This document shows, one piece after another, positions 1-13,052 of a stretch of DNA of 64,000 bases. The stretch covers positions 8,800,587 through 8,864,586 of the forward strand of contig CM120648.1 of NCBI GenBank assembly GCA_051362555.1. Reading direction: 5' to 3'. The position numbers were made by a program, and so were the translations under genes. The first letter of the stretch is position 1; each line of letters opens with the position of its first letter. The stretch comes from Lingula anatina (lineage: Eukaryota > Animalia > Brachiopoda). The notes beneath the pieces are model-generated. The model saw only the letters and a list, made by a program, of their open reading frames with translations. It ran no database searches and was not told the DNA's origin.

Positions 1-241
1 TTTCTTGCTCTAATGCATTAAGGGCCTTATGTACGTCATCTGTGAGTCAGCGTGGACGTAATGTTGATAAATCATGCATTGACAGTGTGTCGGTAGAAGT
101 GCTTCTGTTGATTAGGATTGCCCTCGATAATTATAATAATTCATCAATGAGCCCAGCAAAGCCATGAACTTCTGTATAAAAGTCAGTTTTGGTGACTAGT
201 TTTGTTTTAACCAATAAGGTGAAGCATTTTGTATGCAAGTG

Positions 242-1563
242 CAGTGTTTCCCCTGCACTTAAATGAGCGAGGCGCCCGCCTCGATGATATTTGCAAGCGC
301 CTCACTGAAATTTGTCAAAAGCACCGCCTCGCTAGACTATATGAAACAACAAAGTATATTTTCACTCATGCTAACTGAAAATTATATTTATTTCTAAGCA
401 AATATGGCATTTTCTGTTTACATACGTAATCCCATGCTTCTGAGCACTTGATTTAGTAGTAACGTAAAGACGCATGCGCGTATGCCTAAAATAATCAGCA
501 GTTACTATCTCCCTGTGAGTGCCTCGTTTTCGCAGTTCTGTGCCTTATTTGAAGTATAAGAAACAGAGCGAAACGAGGCAACTGTTCTTGACACCATTTA
601 ATCACGTGTCAAGAATACACTTTCTCTATCACTTCATGTTCCGAAATTCAGACCGCCTGTTGTTTGTTTTTATAGTTTACGAATATTCACTGATAAAAAG
701 GAGTAAATAAAGTGGACTTCGTTGATTTTATAAACTTGGAGAAGATTTTCTATTGATTTACGGGTGAGTTTTGTGAAAGCAGTAGCGTTGTAAAACTGGG
801 TCACGTCAGTATTTCGCGTGGAAACCTATGCATTGAATATGAATTTCCATGACTGAATAGAACCATATAAATTAATAAACGAAGAACTAAAATTGATGAT
901 AAGTGTGATTTTCATCTCTTTAATTCCGAAGCATTCATTTAACGGTGTTTGAAGTTGTTGATTATAAATTACATCTCAAACTACGTATAACTAGTAGCGG
1001 GAGTCGCTTTGCGCTGAACGACAAGAGAGAGAACTTTTGCGGCAGTTTTATATTAGGATGAAGCGCTCCCACACGCAAAGTCAATTGACCAGTTACTTTC
1101 ACAAGAATGTGAAAACGGTAAAAACAACATATTTTATCAACTTTTTGGTCAATTTAAAAATAATTCAATGTAGTAAGCCCTTTTTCCCGTTTCTTGTAAG
1201 TATTAAAGTAGTTAACTTTTTTTTTTTTTTTTTGAAAGTATTAACTTTTTTTTTTTTTTTTTGAAAGAGTATGTTCTATAAACTGAAAAGGACTAAACTG
1301 AGTGAATGCACAGACTGGAAAATAAATTTTGTCCAAACCTTTGTTATGTCATTACTGAATTTACTCCTCAAAACATCTAAAACAAGACAATTCAGTGCCA
1401 CATAAAATGTAAAAAAAATCAGTTCTAAATACCCTAAAATGCACCAAATTGCACCTCGATTTAAAAAATTTTCCGGGGGGGCATGCCCCCGGACCCCCCT
1501 AGTATTGCTGGGATCGCGGACTGCCTACCACCTCGCAGAGCTTGAAAGCCAGGGGAAACACTG
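242..1563. mobile_element. Non-autonomous hAT-like DNA transposon with 14-bp TIRs and 6-bp TSD, in a G-beta intron
   Basis: CAGTGTTTCCCCTG at 242-255 and its perfect reverse complement CAGGGGAAACACTG at 1550-1563; direct repeat CAAGTG at 236-241 and 1564-1569; no transposase ORF. Confidence 0.8.
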
Positions 1564-2388
1564 CAAGTGACAAGCCTCAACTAAGGAATTATGAAATACC
1601 TTATTTTTGCAAAAGCCAGGTTTCAATACTGCAGATGTCTATAGTGGGAATCATCAGAAATAACCAAAATTCCTTCAAACTTTTCAGAAATGGACAGGAA
1701 TGTGTCAGAAATAATTGCAAAACAGTGAGTGCATCCAAGAAAAAACATTGATTTTATAACACATCCATTTTATAATTTTCTGCTTCTGTACAATTAGATA
1801 TTTGCACAACTGTATGTATTCACCATGTTTGGAACAGTTTTTCAGCTACTTGAAAAAAACGTCTAGAAAATATAATTTCATCTTAATTGATTAAAGGTCA
1901 GCTTCATCTTGTGCAGATTCTTGTCTGTTTTCTAGTCTCATGACAACACGCAGCACAGCACCTTTGCTCGTTTTATTTATTAACTTGTTACTAAAATTTC
2001 TATGACAATGATAAGTAATATCCTATGTTGCAGGATATCCAATTTTAGTGCAATTTTATCTGATTCGAAAAAAAAAGTAAAATGTTTTTGCAGCACGCAA
2101 CTTCATATACTACTAGTATTTGACCAAGAAAAAAATTTATGTATCCATTACTTCAATCAATTTTCCTCCCAAAAATGTCTTCATATTCTTCTCTATTATC
2201 AGCAAACTTGATTGACCAAAAGAAATTTTTTTCTTTTAATATAAAATAAGCAGCCACAAGCACCTCAAAAAGTATGGATAATTTGGCCAGCTTTCATCAG
2301 GGTCTCTTGGCTGTACAAATACAAGACATTTTCTCTTCTTTCTACTTCTTTGATGAAAGAGAAAGGATTCTTGACGTCCACACCATAA

Positions 2389-2603
2389 GAGTGCATTCCC
2401 AGAGATTTAGATTGATCCATCCGGATCAACCTAACTCCCTGGGGGTTCACGCTAAATTGCAGTCAGTCGAGCGCTCACGGTAGTTAATTACCCCCTTACA
2501 GCTTTTAGTAGGCGGGACAGACGCTTAAGCCGGCTAAACTGACAGTAATCTAGTGAGACTCCCCACAGGGATAGATCGATCTAAAATCTATGGGAATGGG
2601 GTC
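2389..2603 (+). mobile_element. PIF/Harbinger-like MITE (~215 bp), copy 1
   Basis: Imperfect TIRs (GAGTGCATTCCCAGAG ... CTATGGGAATGGGGTC), TAA on both sides; homologous copies at 10597, 40242 and 59570. Confidence 0.85.
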
Positions 2604-3057
2604 TAAGTCTCAAAACAAATTAAACCAATGTATTCCTATAATCTACTACCATTCCGCATATTAATATGACATCAATGTGCTCTCAACAACCTCCAGGATA
2701 TCGGAACGGGAAGGTAAGCAGCTATATGGTTCACGTTTTGTAGAATGGCGCTTGCGCCAGCTAATTTTACATTTAATTTTACATAAAATTTTACAAATTG
2801 TGGCTCTAGTTGTTAATTTGGGGTTTCAAGCTCACAAACCCGAGGCTCCAGCTCGCAAACATCTTTTTTAGGCCTGTTGGATATAAGCCCAGAGCATCCC
2901 ACGTCCAAAGACATCAATAAATGTTATGATATCGATTTTACACAGAAAAAATTAAAGATGAGAGGTTTAGAAACAGAAAAACAAAATAATTAACAGTCAC
3001 CACTAATTGTTAAAGCATAATGATTCCACTTAATTCAATGACAACTTTTTAACTCAC

Positions 3058-3114
3058 CCTAATTTGGTTTTTTAGCTGCTCTGCTTCCTGACGAAGCTGT
3101 TCCAGCTCACTCAT
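3058..3114 (-). CDS. GNB1: G protein beta subunit, first coding exon (MSELEQLRQEAEQLKNQIR); the rest of the gene lies left of the window
   Basis: 57-nt ATG-initiated exon segment near-identical to the G-beta N-terminus, ending at a GTGAGT donor (3057-3052); acceptor tttttcag at 3159; exon 3058-3158 includes 5'UTR. Confidence 0.93.
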
Positions 3115-4237
3115 TGTGTACTTCTATGTTATATGTTTATATATTTATATATATGGACCTGAAAAATACAAATAAAGATTTGAACACAAGGTACAAAAGG
3201 TATACCACATTCATTGGGTATGTGTAGTTTTCAAAACATGCAAAGAAACATTTTCTTCACCTATTGTACATGAGGCTAGCAAATAAAGAAATAAAAAATA
3301 AAACACAGAAAACGTTGTGTGTAGTGAACATATGTGGAACTGGAGAAAAAATGGCTGAATTCTTACTGGCATTCAGCTGAATTTTTCTGCCAACCCAAGT
3401 TCATCTACCATAAAAACTATTAAAAATTTTTGAAATACATATCAACTATAGTATTGGGCCTAGATTCCATCTGTTAACATTAGCTAAGGAAATACATAGT
3501 GGTGATTGCTGTGTTTATAAATATACAGATATCTGTTAAGTAAGCTCACTGCCAGACATATCAATCTAGACTTTAAACATATATTGATTGTCTGCCCAAG
3601 AACTAAGTCAGATAAAGTATTATATAGATCTGGGTATATCAAACAAACTTGCATGGTTACACCGTGGGACTATGATGAGTTGGGTACCCCATGATGCTAT
3701 CCCAGTAATTAATGACTTTTTCATGCATTTTGATGAAAAAATTAAATGAAATGGGGTGGGGCAGGACCACAGGACAATTTGCACTACACTTGCACTGTAT
3801 AAGGTGAATATATGAAAAAAAAAAAAAAAAAAAAAACGCAAGCCAACTGCATTTCAGTTTTAGCGATTTGGCCATATTGGCAAGTGTTAGCACTACCCCA
3901 GCATCTAACATATAAGAATCACCATCGTTTACGTATTCTATGTTTATCACATTTAGTGAAAGTAACCAATTTTGCTTTCATCCTGCAACTACTATTCCAA
4001 ATAGGAAATATAAGATGCTTCACCTACACTGTTTTGCTCTGCAAAACAAACAGATACAAAAGAACAGCACACACCAATTTTCAAGTAACCTGCATGATAA
4101 GCCTTGCCAAACTGGTCATTTAGTAATCATATAGATATTTGGGAGTTTCAGCCTCAATGCCAGCAAGATAAAAAGTGAAAACGGCAATTTATACACATGT
4201 CATGACAGGTAAAACTGCAGTCTGAACAATGTATTAA

Positions 4238-4576
4238 AGGGATAGTAACTCTTTGTATGAGATCTATATTTCATAATAAAAAACATTGTGAACAACTCAT
4301 AGAAATATAATATATTCTGTTTTACCATAAAAACAGCAGTTATAGCTATTATTCTGATATCTGAGCTTGTCTTCAGACCACGTGACCTCCACTGATAGCT
4401 ATACTCCACTATAATCTCTTAAGAGATTTTAACAAAAAACCAAACTTTTTAGAAAAAAAAACAGGGACTAACTTTGAATGTAAAAATGGATTCATTAACC
4501 ATTGGTAAGTATGGGAAAATTGTTGTTTACTCCAATTAAATTAATTTTTTGTCCAAAACAAAGAGTTTCTATCCCT
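4238..4576. mobile_element. Kolobok-like MITE
   Basis: TTAA TSD (4234-4237, 4577-4580); 18-bp TIR AGGGATAG(T/A)AACTCTTTG with 1 mismatch; diverged second copy at ~13053-13370. Confidence 0.8.
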
Positions 4577-6040
4577 TTAACTTTTTCTCCAAATCATCAA
4601 CTGGGGTCTTAACAATATATTAACTTATTTATCCAAAAATTTAGTTTACTTTAAAAAAAGATGTGGCAAAAACAGACATAAAACAATCTTAATTGTTATC
4701 AGCAATGGCAAAAGAGGATGATTTTTTCATCTGAACCATTTACAGATCACTAAATGGTCTTAACCATACTGTAAGTGAGAAATGAAGATTAGACAAATCA
4801 CAATTTAATCACTACTGAAATCAAGTAAAAAATTTAAGGGTATTTTTATTATAGGGTGGCATAACTGAAATTACTTTATAAAATATAAAGAATAACTGAG
4901 ATTTGAATTTTTGTTGTGTAAATAAGATCACTTGAATGGATGTGAACAAGAGATGAGCGTGCTTTATCCAATACCAGTGCCAATTAGCCATCTACAAGGG
5001 AAGAACACCTGCCAACAAGTAAACTATATGTTTTTTTAATGAGATTTGGAACCCAGAGTATAGAACTGATCCAAAAATATAACTTATATTCTGCTTTAAC
5101 AAAATTCAGAGGTGAGAATATAAAAGAATGCTCCTAGGTGAGAAATTGGGTTAATCCTAAGAGAAGGTATCACTTTTTTTTTTCAAGCAATATGCTATAG
5201 TAACTTGCTACACCACAGTCACCACACGTGCATAATTTCATGGCAAGGAAGTGTAAATGTTTATATCCAATTTCTTCCCCTTGTTAATGCAAACACTCCA
5301 GTCAAATTGCAAGATTAATCAAATTTCAGAGCTTTAACTGTGCCTGGGATTGTGAATTTTTTATGGTAAATAGTGGTATTTTTTACTAAACATAATATTG
5401 AACTTGTACAAAAAGAGGAGGCAAACGGTATTGTCAGTAGAGAACTACATGATATCTATAGCACTCTTGTAGAATACAGAACTTGTAATAAAATCCCCAG
5501 GTATGTTATTTACCATGTAAAATATATGACTATTGACTCGGTCAAGATAATTGATACAGTTCTTATATATAATGCATAAGTGGTAGGACTTTCTCGATGT
5601 GTACTGAAACTAAGTCAGATAAAGTATAAAATAATACCTGTTCAAAATTCAACTAGCTGTAACTTTACATTCCATTGATGAGAATCAGAGATATATGATA
5701 TGTATGGGCATGATGAATTTTCATGACATAACTTAAAAGGTGACCTAAGTTCGAATGGAAGTTTATAAGTATTGGCAGATGACAATGTCCTAGAGCAATA
5801 TACAGTACAGACCAATTTTTTATTATTGGGATGGGGATGGAGATAAATCCAACCAGGAAACTCATTCCTTGACAATATCCGAGAAACAGAAGCATCCTCT
5901 GAAGACTGAACAACACTAAAGAAAATGATAGTTTCATTTTCTGAACAATAAAACAATTGGTTTCAATTAGCTCTCGATTGTTATAGAAATGACACAAAAT
6001 TTGATCAGAACAGATCAAATGTTTTTACTATGGGCAACTA

Positions 6041-6085
<45 letters not shown>

Positions 6086-7252
6086 GCCCAAAAGTATCAA
6101 GCTAATATAAAATGCACGAAGGCCCTTTTCACAAAAAGTAAAAACTTTGGCATACAGTCTACTGTGAGAGGTCTAGCTATATTACTATCATGTTAACTTA
6201 TTGCTTTTGCAGGTTTAACACCTTTTAAGGCCTTTCTGGGAGATTGCAATTAGAGGACATTCAAAGGGAAAAGATTAAATATATATACACAATTTCCATG
6301 GGAGTCCAATTATATCAAATAAACTTTGTTTGCATGTGTGTGGGGTGTGTGTGTGTGTGTATGTGGAAGGGGTGTCCAGTGTACATAGTCTGTCAATTTG
6401 GTCAGTATCAATATACCATTATTCAATGTGATCTTCACTGTAAATGAAATGAAATATCAAAATGCATGAAAATAAATAATGATCCAAGTGTAAGGTTACA
6501 CTTAACAGAATACACAAGTCCTTGGCAATGTCAGCAAAAGGATGGCAACAAGGAACCTAGAACAAATAAAACATGCCTAGTTTAGACCATGTCCTCTTTA
6601 GTTCTGTATGGATAATAGCACTGACGTGTGTTGCAAGTAAAAATTAATCATTTTACAAAATGAGCAAAGGACAGCTTAACACCACAAAATGCAAAAGTGG
6701 TCCCTAACTTCAGTAAAAGCACAACTGGAAATTGAAATGTATGAGTGTTGCTACTTGATGTACTGGCACTGAATCAAAAGCAATGTCATAATTTCAATGA
6801 GTTTCGGTACAGCAAATAATTACAACAGAGAGGGGATTTCAGGAGCTAAGAAGGTGTCTGCTGACTATAAAAAATTACGAATTTCATTTACACTGAAGAT
6901 GTATCCAAACCACAAAGAAAAGCAAACAAGCCAGATCCTGCAACAATCCGCCATTTGCAACCGACGACAGCAATTTTCAGGGGACTTCTACAAATCTCGT
7001 TTTCCGTATCAAGGTAGCATTAACTATATCAAGACTGGGGGAGATTGCGGCATAGATCTCGACTTCAATGTCCGACATTATAATGGAAATCTTTCTTTCT
7101 AAACACAGAATAAGTACACAGAGGCTGCCATTTTCCCCCAATTTGCATATTTTTGACGGACCGGCTGCAAACGTTAGGCAGGATAAGCATCAATTTCGAG
7201 CGATCGGAACGAAATCAAGGAGTGCCAAATAAATTGAACGGTGCATACTTAC

Positions 7253-7390
7253 CTAAAGTCTTTTTATGCAACTGTAGAAAAAGGCTAGATCACCATACAC
7301 AATGTAATTGTACTCCTTTTGAATGAATAAACATAGGACTTCTTTTCTAAGGGTGCGGCGCCCTTGCAATAAACTCAGGAATCCCCGTAA
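7253..7390 (-). other. GNB1: Probable non-coding first exon of the G-beta gene
   Basis: Consensus AG|GTAAGT donor on the minus strand at 7253/7252, just downstream of a CpG-rich promoter-like segment; 5' end approximate. Confidence 0.6.
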
Positions 7391-7398
7391 GTCCTCAT

Positions 7399-7429
7399 TG
7401 CGCAGGCGCGATTGTCCCTGATGACGTCA
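7399..7429. promoter_or_regulatory. G-beta promoter elements: NRF1-like TGCGCAGGCGCG and perfect CRE TGACGTCA
   Basis: Motifs at 7399-7410 and 7422-7429 in a CpG-retaining region next to the putative first exon. Confidence 0.55.
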
Positions 7430-8001
7430 ATCCTTGGAACAACTAACACAATCAGGCCTAACGTGACGCTTGAATTCGGGGGGAAATGTTGAGAAATAAT
7501 TTATAGTCATTCAGGCCTGCTTTCTGGTCCTCTGATCAGATGAATTATTTTATCCTTATACGGGTACACTTCTATGTAACTGATAACAGACAAGTCCTTT
7601 CAGAATACAGTAGCCTATCTCATGCTGTTATAAAAATATACAGTAGGCTATATCCTATAATTTTCTATGTACATGTAATTTAAAGTGGAATGAGTAAAGA
7701 ACTACATATTTTAATGTTTGTTCTTGGTATAAATCATTTGTTGTATCTTAAATGACAAGGCGAATGAAATTAACGTTTCCGTTATGTAAGGGCTGCAAAC
7801 ATTGTGTAATTCGTTCTGCAAGGGTTGCAAGGAAAATAATTTTATAATTTTTCTTTGTTAACTAGTAGGCCTACCAATTAGCGCAATTTTATTACACATG
7901 CCAGACCAGTAAAAGGAAATCCCGATGTAAAAATAAAAATGTTTTATAAGATGTACTTAAGGTTTCGTAACATTTATTTTCCCCTAGATTTTATGTTTGA
8001 G

Positions 8002-8050
8002 CAGTGGCGGATTTAGGGAGTAGTCAGGGGATCCTGCCTCCCCCCCCCCC

Positions 8051-8081
<31 letters not shown>

Positions 8082-8335
8082 ACACACACAACCCTTCGAT
8101 TTCTGAAAAAAAAAAATCCCACCAACAGTCCCCTCTTGAAATTGAAATTTGGACTAGCTAAATCATAGTTCTCAACTGTACCAAATGGCACTGTTCGCCC
8201 TCCAGAATACCAAAAATTTCTGAGGCCCTCAAGAGGGGGTTGAGGGTCGGGTAGCTTTCCAGCCTATTCCTGTCATTCCTATCAAACTGGGCCTCCTTCC
8301 CCCGCCCCCTTCAAATAATCCTGAATCCGCCCCTG
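8002..8335. mobile_element. hAT-like MITE remnant (CAGTGGCGGATT ... AATCCGCCCCTG) with internal poly-C and (CA)n
   Basis: 12-bp near-perfect TIRs of the same type as the CAGGGGCGGAT family; TSD not clean. Confidence 0.55.
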
Positions 8336-9427
8336 ACGAGGGTCCCATTTGGGGAAGGGGGTAGTCATAACACTTGACGGGAGATAAAATAATCAATCCA
8401 CAAATCACAGTAAATAAAACATCATTCATATATCTTATTCAACATACGAGTTGAAAATCACGCATCACTGAGCATAGTGACAACGTTACACGAATGACGA
8501 AGAGTAAATGAAGCCGCTTGAGAATGGTGTTCTTCACGTTTCGCGCTTAATAATATAATACGAACGGTTTACGCATCTCAGCTTTTACGGGTAGCGATAA
8601 AAAAACAAGTGAACCCTCATGTAGGGCCTACTAATACACACACTGGACTATTAAAGAAGTGTCATCTCTACTGAACCAATACTTTGGGGGGAGATAAATG
8701 ACTGTGGAATGATAGATCTATTGTCCATTATGTGTAGGCCTTACTGAACACATTATCATTGGTTAGCTACGCCCTACAATGAATTCGTTCATGACCATGT
8801 TAATTTTGATCTGAAATCCAAAATAAAAGTGACACCTTTTTTTTTTTTTTTTTTTTTTTGTCAAAATGTCAAAATGAAACCCAACTGTAGGCCTGAATGT
8901 TGCCATGGTAGAGCTCTCAAGGGTGTGTATATAATATTTATGAACTTAGAAGTAGCCTGAGGTACGTCAGCATCATAGGCCTTACGAATGGCAATAGGCT
9001 ATACTGTACCGTAGGCCTATATTATTACTATATAATATAGGCGTAGCCTACGTGTGCAAATGACACGTGCGTACATGTATATTTTAATACCATTTATTAT
9101 ATAACGATAGATGTGATGCAAATAACGTAAGAAACTTCTTCTGTTTTACACAATTTAGAATCTATATTTACATAGACTGCCGGGGCATACACCTACCGGT
9201 AGGAGTAACGATAAAGAGAATTTATTAATAAAGAAAATTTTCAGAATAATATCCATCCGCTATGGTTGTGTAACATGCATGTGCGTGGTTATGAAATTAA
9301 AATATGAAATACACAAATAGCTTAAATAGAGTTTGTACCGGATACGAAGAGGCTATATATATGTTTTTCTTAATTTCCTTGGAACTGATTATATATATTG
9401 TCTATATACAAATGTCAGAGGACCCGC

Positions 9428-9474
9428 TTCTCGCGAATGTGTTAGGTGTGACAACTTAAGCTTCCGGCGGAAGT
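9428..9474 (+). promoter_or_regulatory. Housekeeping-type promoter of the ANKRD49-like gene
   Basis: TTCTCGCGAA at 9428-9437 and inverted ETS pair CTTCCGGCGGAAGT at 9461-9474, ~400 bp upstream of the ATG. Confidence 0.55.
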
Positions 9475-9877
9475 AAATCTGAAAAAATACTATTAGTACA
9501 GCTGTAGTAAACCTAGTTGCTACTAGAGGTAGAAGAAAAAGGTTAGCAAACAGCAGCTTTTTTACCATTTCACATTGGACATTTTCCACTACCTGAAGTA
9601 GGGTGAGGGACTCACAATTAATTCGGATTTCATAATAAATGCAATGTGCGTGCATCGCTTTTTCACTAGGATACATGGAAAACACCATGGACCTTGTCAT
9701 TAGCATTGCCATTTAGCATTGTCATTAGCAGACTACAAAATACATTAAGTAGTAGTACTTCTCTCACTTTTACTGCTGTAAATTGTCATATGTAAGGTAG
9801 AATTTACAGCTTAGTATAATGCCTCTGTTGCTTTGATTCAGTGATTGCAGCAAGAATTTCCAAACACCATGTAAACC

Positions 9878-12088
9878 ATGGCAGGAAGCGATCCCTTGAA
9901 ATATGCCAATGAATTAGAATCGGTACTGAACCTTCTGAAAAATGATGCAGACTTGCGTGAAATGTTTAAGGTAAATGTGCTAAATAGTTTTGATCAGTAT
10001 TATCAACATGACAGCTTAATTGCCCCCCCCCCCCCCCCCCCTTAATTTGCATCTCTTATTCATGTAATGGTAGTACTAATATTTGAAATATTTTTTTATT
10101 GGGATATTGGGATTTTCATTTTGCTTTATTTGACAAAAGACCTAATCTAAAAATGCCCTTTTATATTAATTTTGTATATATTTGCAGGAGGGAGAGGTCT
10201 CTCAAGCCTTCAAGGAAATAGCCAGAGATCCATCAGCCATACCAAAATATCAGGAAAATGTCAAAATTCAAAAGCTTCTGAAAATGATGGGAGATAAAAT
10301 TCAGGGGTTTGCCACATCGGTTGTAGCTGAAAGTGACGCTTCTGCAACCACAGCCTCAGCTCAAGGTGACACTGTGGAGGTAATCACTCTTTTTTAGGTT
10401 GTTACTAAGTAAATTTGTGTCAGCAATAAATATTTTGTCATTATAAAGTCTCCTTAACAAACATGCTCCACATTCATCTTCTTGCACTGTAAACAGTACT
10501 GAGATTCATACACAAAATTCAGAAACTTACTGTTGTTAAAGGTACATGTATACTCCACATGTATGAAAATCACCCATGAAAGTCATTTATTCTTATGGGT
10601 GCATTCCCAGAGATTTAGATTGATCTAGAGATTTAGATTTAGATCCGCCTAACTCCCTGGGGGTTCTCGCTAAATTGCAGTCAGCCGTGCGCACACCATA
10701 GTTAATTACCCCCTTACAGCTTTAAGTAGGCGGGACAGACGCTTAAGCCAGCTAAGCTGACAGTAATCTAGTGAGACTCCCCACAGGGATAGAGCGATCT
10801 AAAATCTGTGGGAATGGGGTCTATGTCTTCACATATCCTGCAAAGCTACTACTCTTTCCCAATTCAGACCCTTTAAAACTATAAAACCCTAAAATAAAAG
10901 TAACTGACATCAGCAGTTCTCTCTGAAATGTACAAGAAGACTCAGTGCACTGAATGACTGGCCAGTCATTTACAAGTAATCGATCATTAAATTTAAATGG
11001 AATAAAACAACGAATCTAAGGGTAGGGGTGGGTCGAGCAATGATCTTTAGAATGAGAATTTTTTTCCTGAAGGAAATTCTTTTTGATGGGTGATGCAAAC
11101 AGTACCTTTGAATTAATCATAGTTACAGTTACTAGTGCATGCGAAAAAAGCGCAATGAGTACTGGTAATTTCTTAACTGCACGTAAGACATTCATAGTAT
11201 CAGTTTTTAGATAGTCTATGTTTTTAAAAAGAAAACCTTATTTTACAGTCATCAGAGGAATTAGCAATGGATGGAGAAAGCACAGATCTATTTGATGAAG
11301 ATGCTGCAGTGCAGCCTTTAGTGGGAGTAGATGTATTAGAACAGGTAAGGAAGATAAAAAAGTACAAGTTGAAGATTGCAATACCTCAGAAGACAAATTG
11401 GCACATTTCACATAATATCAGTATTTGCAAGTAACTGAAATCAATTAATGTGAAAAAGCTCATTCTACTGAAAAAATGAATATATTGGACCAAAGGTCAT
11501 GTCAGTGGTGCAAAAATTTTGTGTAATATTTTCATAATTGTTACATTTATCTTCTTCATTACTGTGTAGCATTAAACCGCAAAAATACTGGGGCGAGTCA
11601 AAATTATGCAACATGATACAAGATATTTACCACTGATTTGACTTAAATGTTCCCTTACAGACTTTTCTGTGAAATGACTCTAAAAATGAAATAATTGAAA
11701 TCTGTGAGTAATCTCTTTATATATAGTTAGGTTGCAAATCTGATTCTTTCTTTTAATACCTACTAAGAATTGGTGATATTTTCTAACTCTAGATACTACG
11801 TGCCAAGAAAGGGGACCCCAGCAAGTTTCAGAGTCACTGGGAGCAAGATGAAGAAGACATTGATTTTGCCACAGATGAGGAAATAAAAAGTGAGATACAA
11901 GAATTGCCAAATGTTTACCCTATAATATTCTGTCCTGCAGATGTTTTCATGCATTTAGTTTATTTAATTTTATTTTTATTTAGTTCATTTGATTTTTATT
12001 TATTGTCATTTGGAAAGTCAAATCAGCTTGGTTTCTGCTTGAAGAAATTTGATTACTTGTCATCAAGCATATTAAATGCTCTACTTAC

Positions 12089-12122
<34 letters not shown>

Positions 12123-12913
12123 GAAAGACAATCCAGTTCAGAGAATTCTGTGGGCTGCAGAGAATGGCGAAGTGGACATTGTGACTGAACTCTTACAGAA
12201 AGATGCATCCTTGATTCAAGCTGTAGATAAGGATGGCTATACACCTTTGCACAGAGCAGCCTACAATGGAGAGATGGACATTGTCAAGGTTAGATACCTA
12301 AAATTATACGTTAATGGCACTAAAGGGGTATCTTTATATTATAAAGGCCTAAATTTGTCAAAAATAGCTATTTTCATTGTTTCTTTTATGTGAACTACTT
12401 ATCTAATATTATTGCAGTATACATAAACATTTTTAGAGTACTCCATTTTTTGTTCCTTTATTCACCATCCCACTCTTTTCTGCACATACGTTCAGGTGAA
12501 AATCAAATTCTCTGGTATTCTCTGTTTTGTACATTGGGGCTATTCTAAGAGAGAATTAAAAAAAAAAAACATTTCAGATATTGCTGTCCCAGGGAGCAGA
12601 CGTCAATGCCCAAACCAAAGATGGCTGGCAACCAATACACAGCGCAGCGAGATGGAACCAGGTTGAGGTTGTCTCTCTCCTACTCCAAAATGGCGGCAAT
12701 ATCAATGCTCAAACAAATGGCGGTCAGACACCTCTGATGTTGGCAGCGTCAAACAGGGAAGGGAAAGAGACCACAGAGTTTTTGCTCATGAATCGTTACG
12801 TCGACCCACATTTGATGAACAATATTGGAGAGACAGCATACACATTGTGTCAGAGATACACTGGATTTTACTATCTATTTGATATTGTTCACCCGAGTAT
12901 AAACAGTTTTTGA
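9878..12913 (+). CDS. ANKRD49: Ankyrin repeat protein 49-like with N-terminal STI1/DP domain, ~324 aa; exons 9878-9970, 10188-10379, 11249-11344, 11793-11889, 12128-12288, 12578-12913
   Basis: All introns GT-AG with consistent phases (0,0,0,1,0); C-terminal part LWAAE...DGYTPLHRAAY...DGWQPIHSAARWN...TPLMLAA...LLMNRYV...YYLFDIV matches ANKRD49. Confidence 0.88.
10597..10821 (+). mobile_element. PIF/Harbinger-like MITE, copy 2 (ANKRD49 intron)
   Basis: GGGTGCATTCCCAGAG ... CTGTGGGAATGGGGTC, 3-bp TSD TAT; colinear with copy 1. Confidence 0.85.
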
Positions 12914-13052
12914 ATTTGAATTGGAACCTGGGTGAAATGAGAAGATAGCCTGGAGAATATGTGTAGTATATGACTACTTGTCGCTGTTGTTTTTTCTTTT
13001 AGATAAATCGTTTATGCCACCTTTCTTTTTTTTTGTTGGTGCATATTTTAAC

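Noticed and set aside
5642-6018. Overlapping 104- and 117-aa minus-strand ORFs in the G-beta 5' intron
   Set aside because: No ATG or splice context and no recognisable domain; possibly old repeat debris
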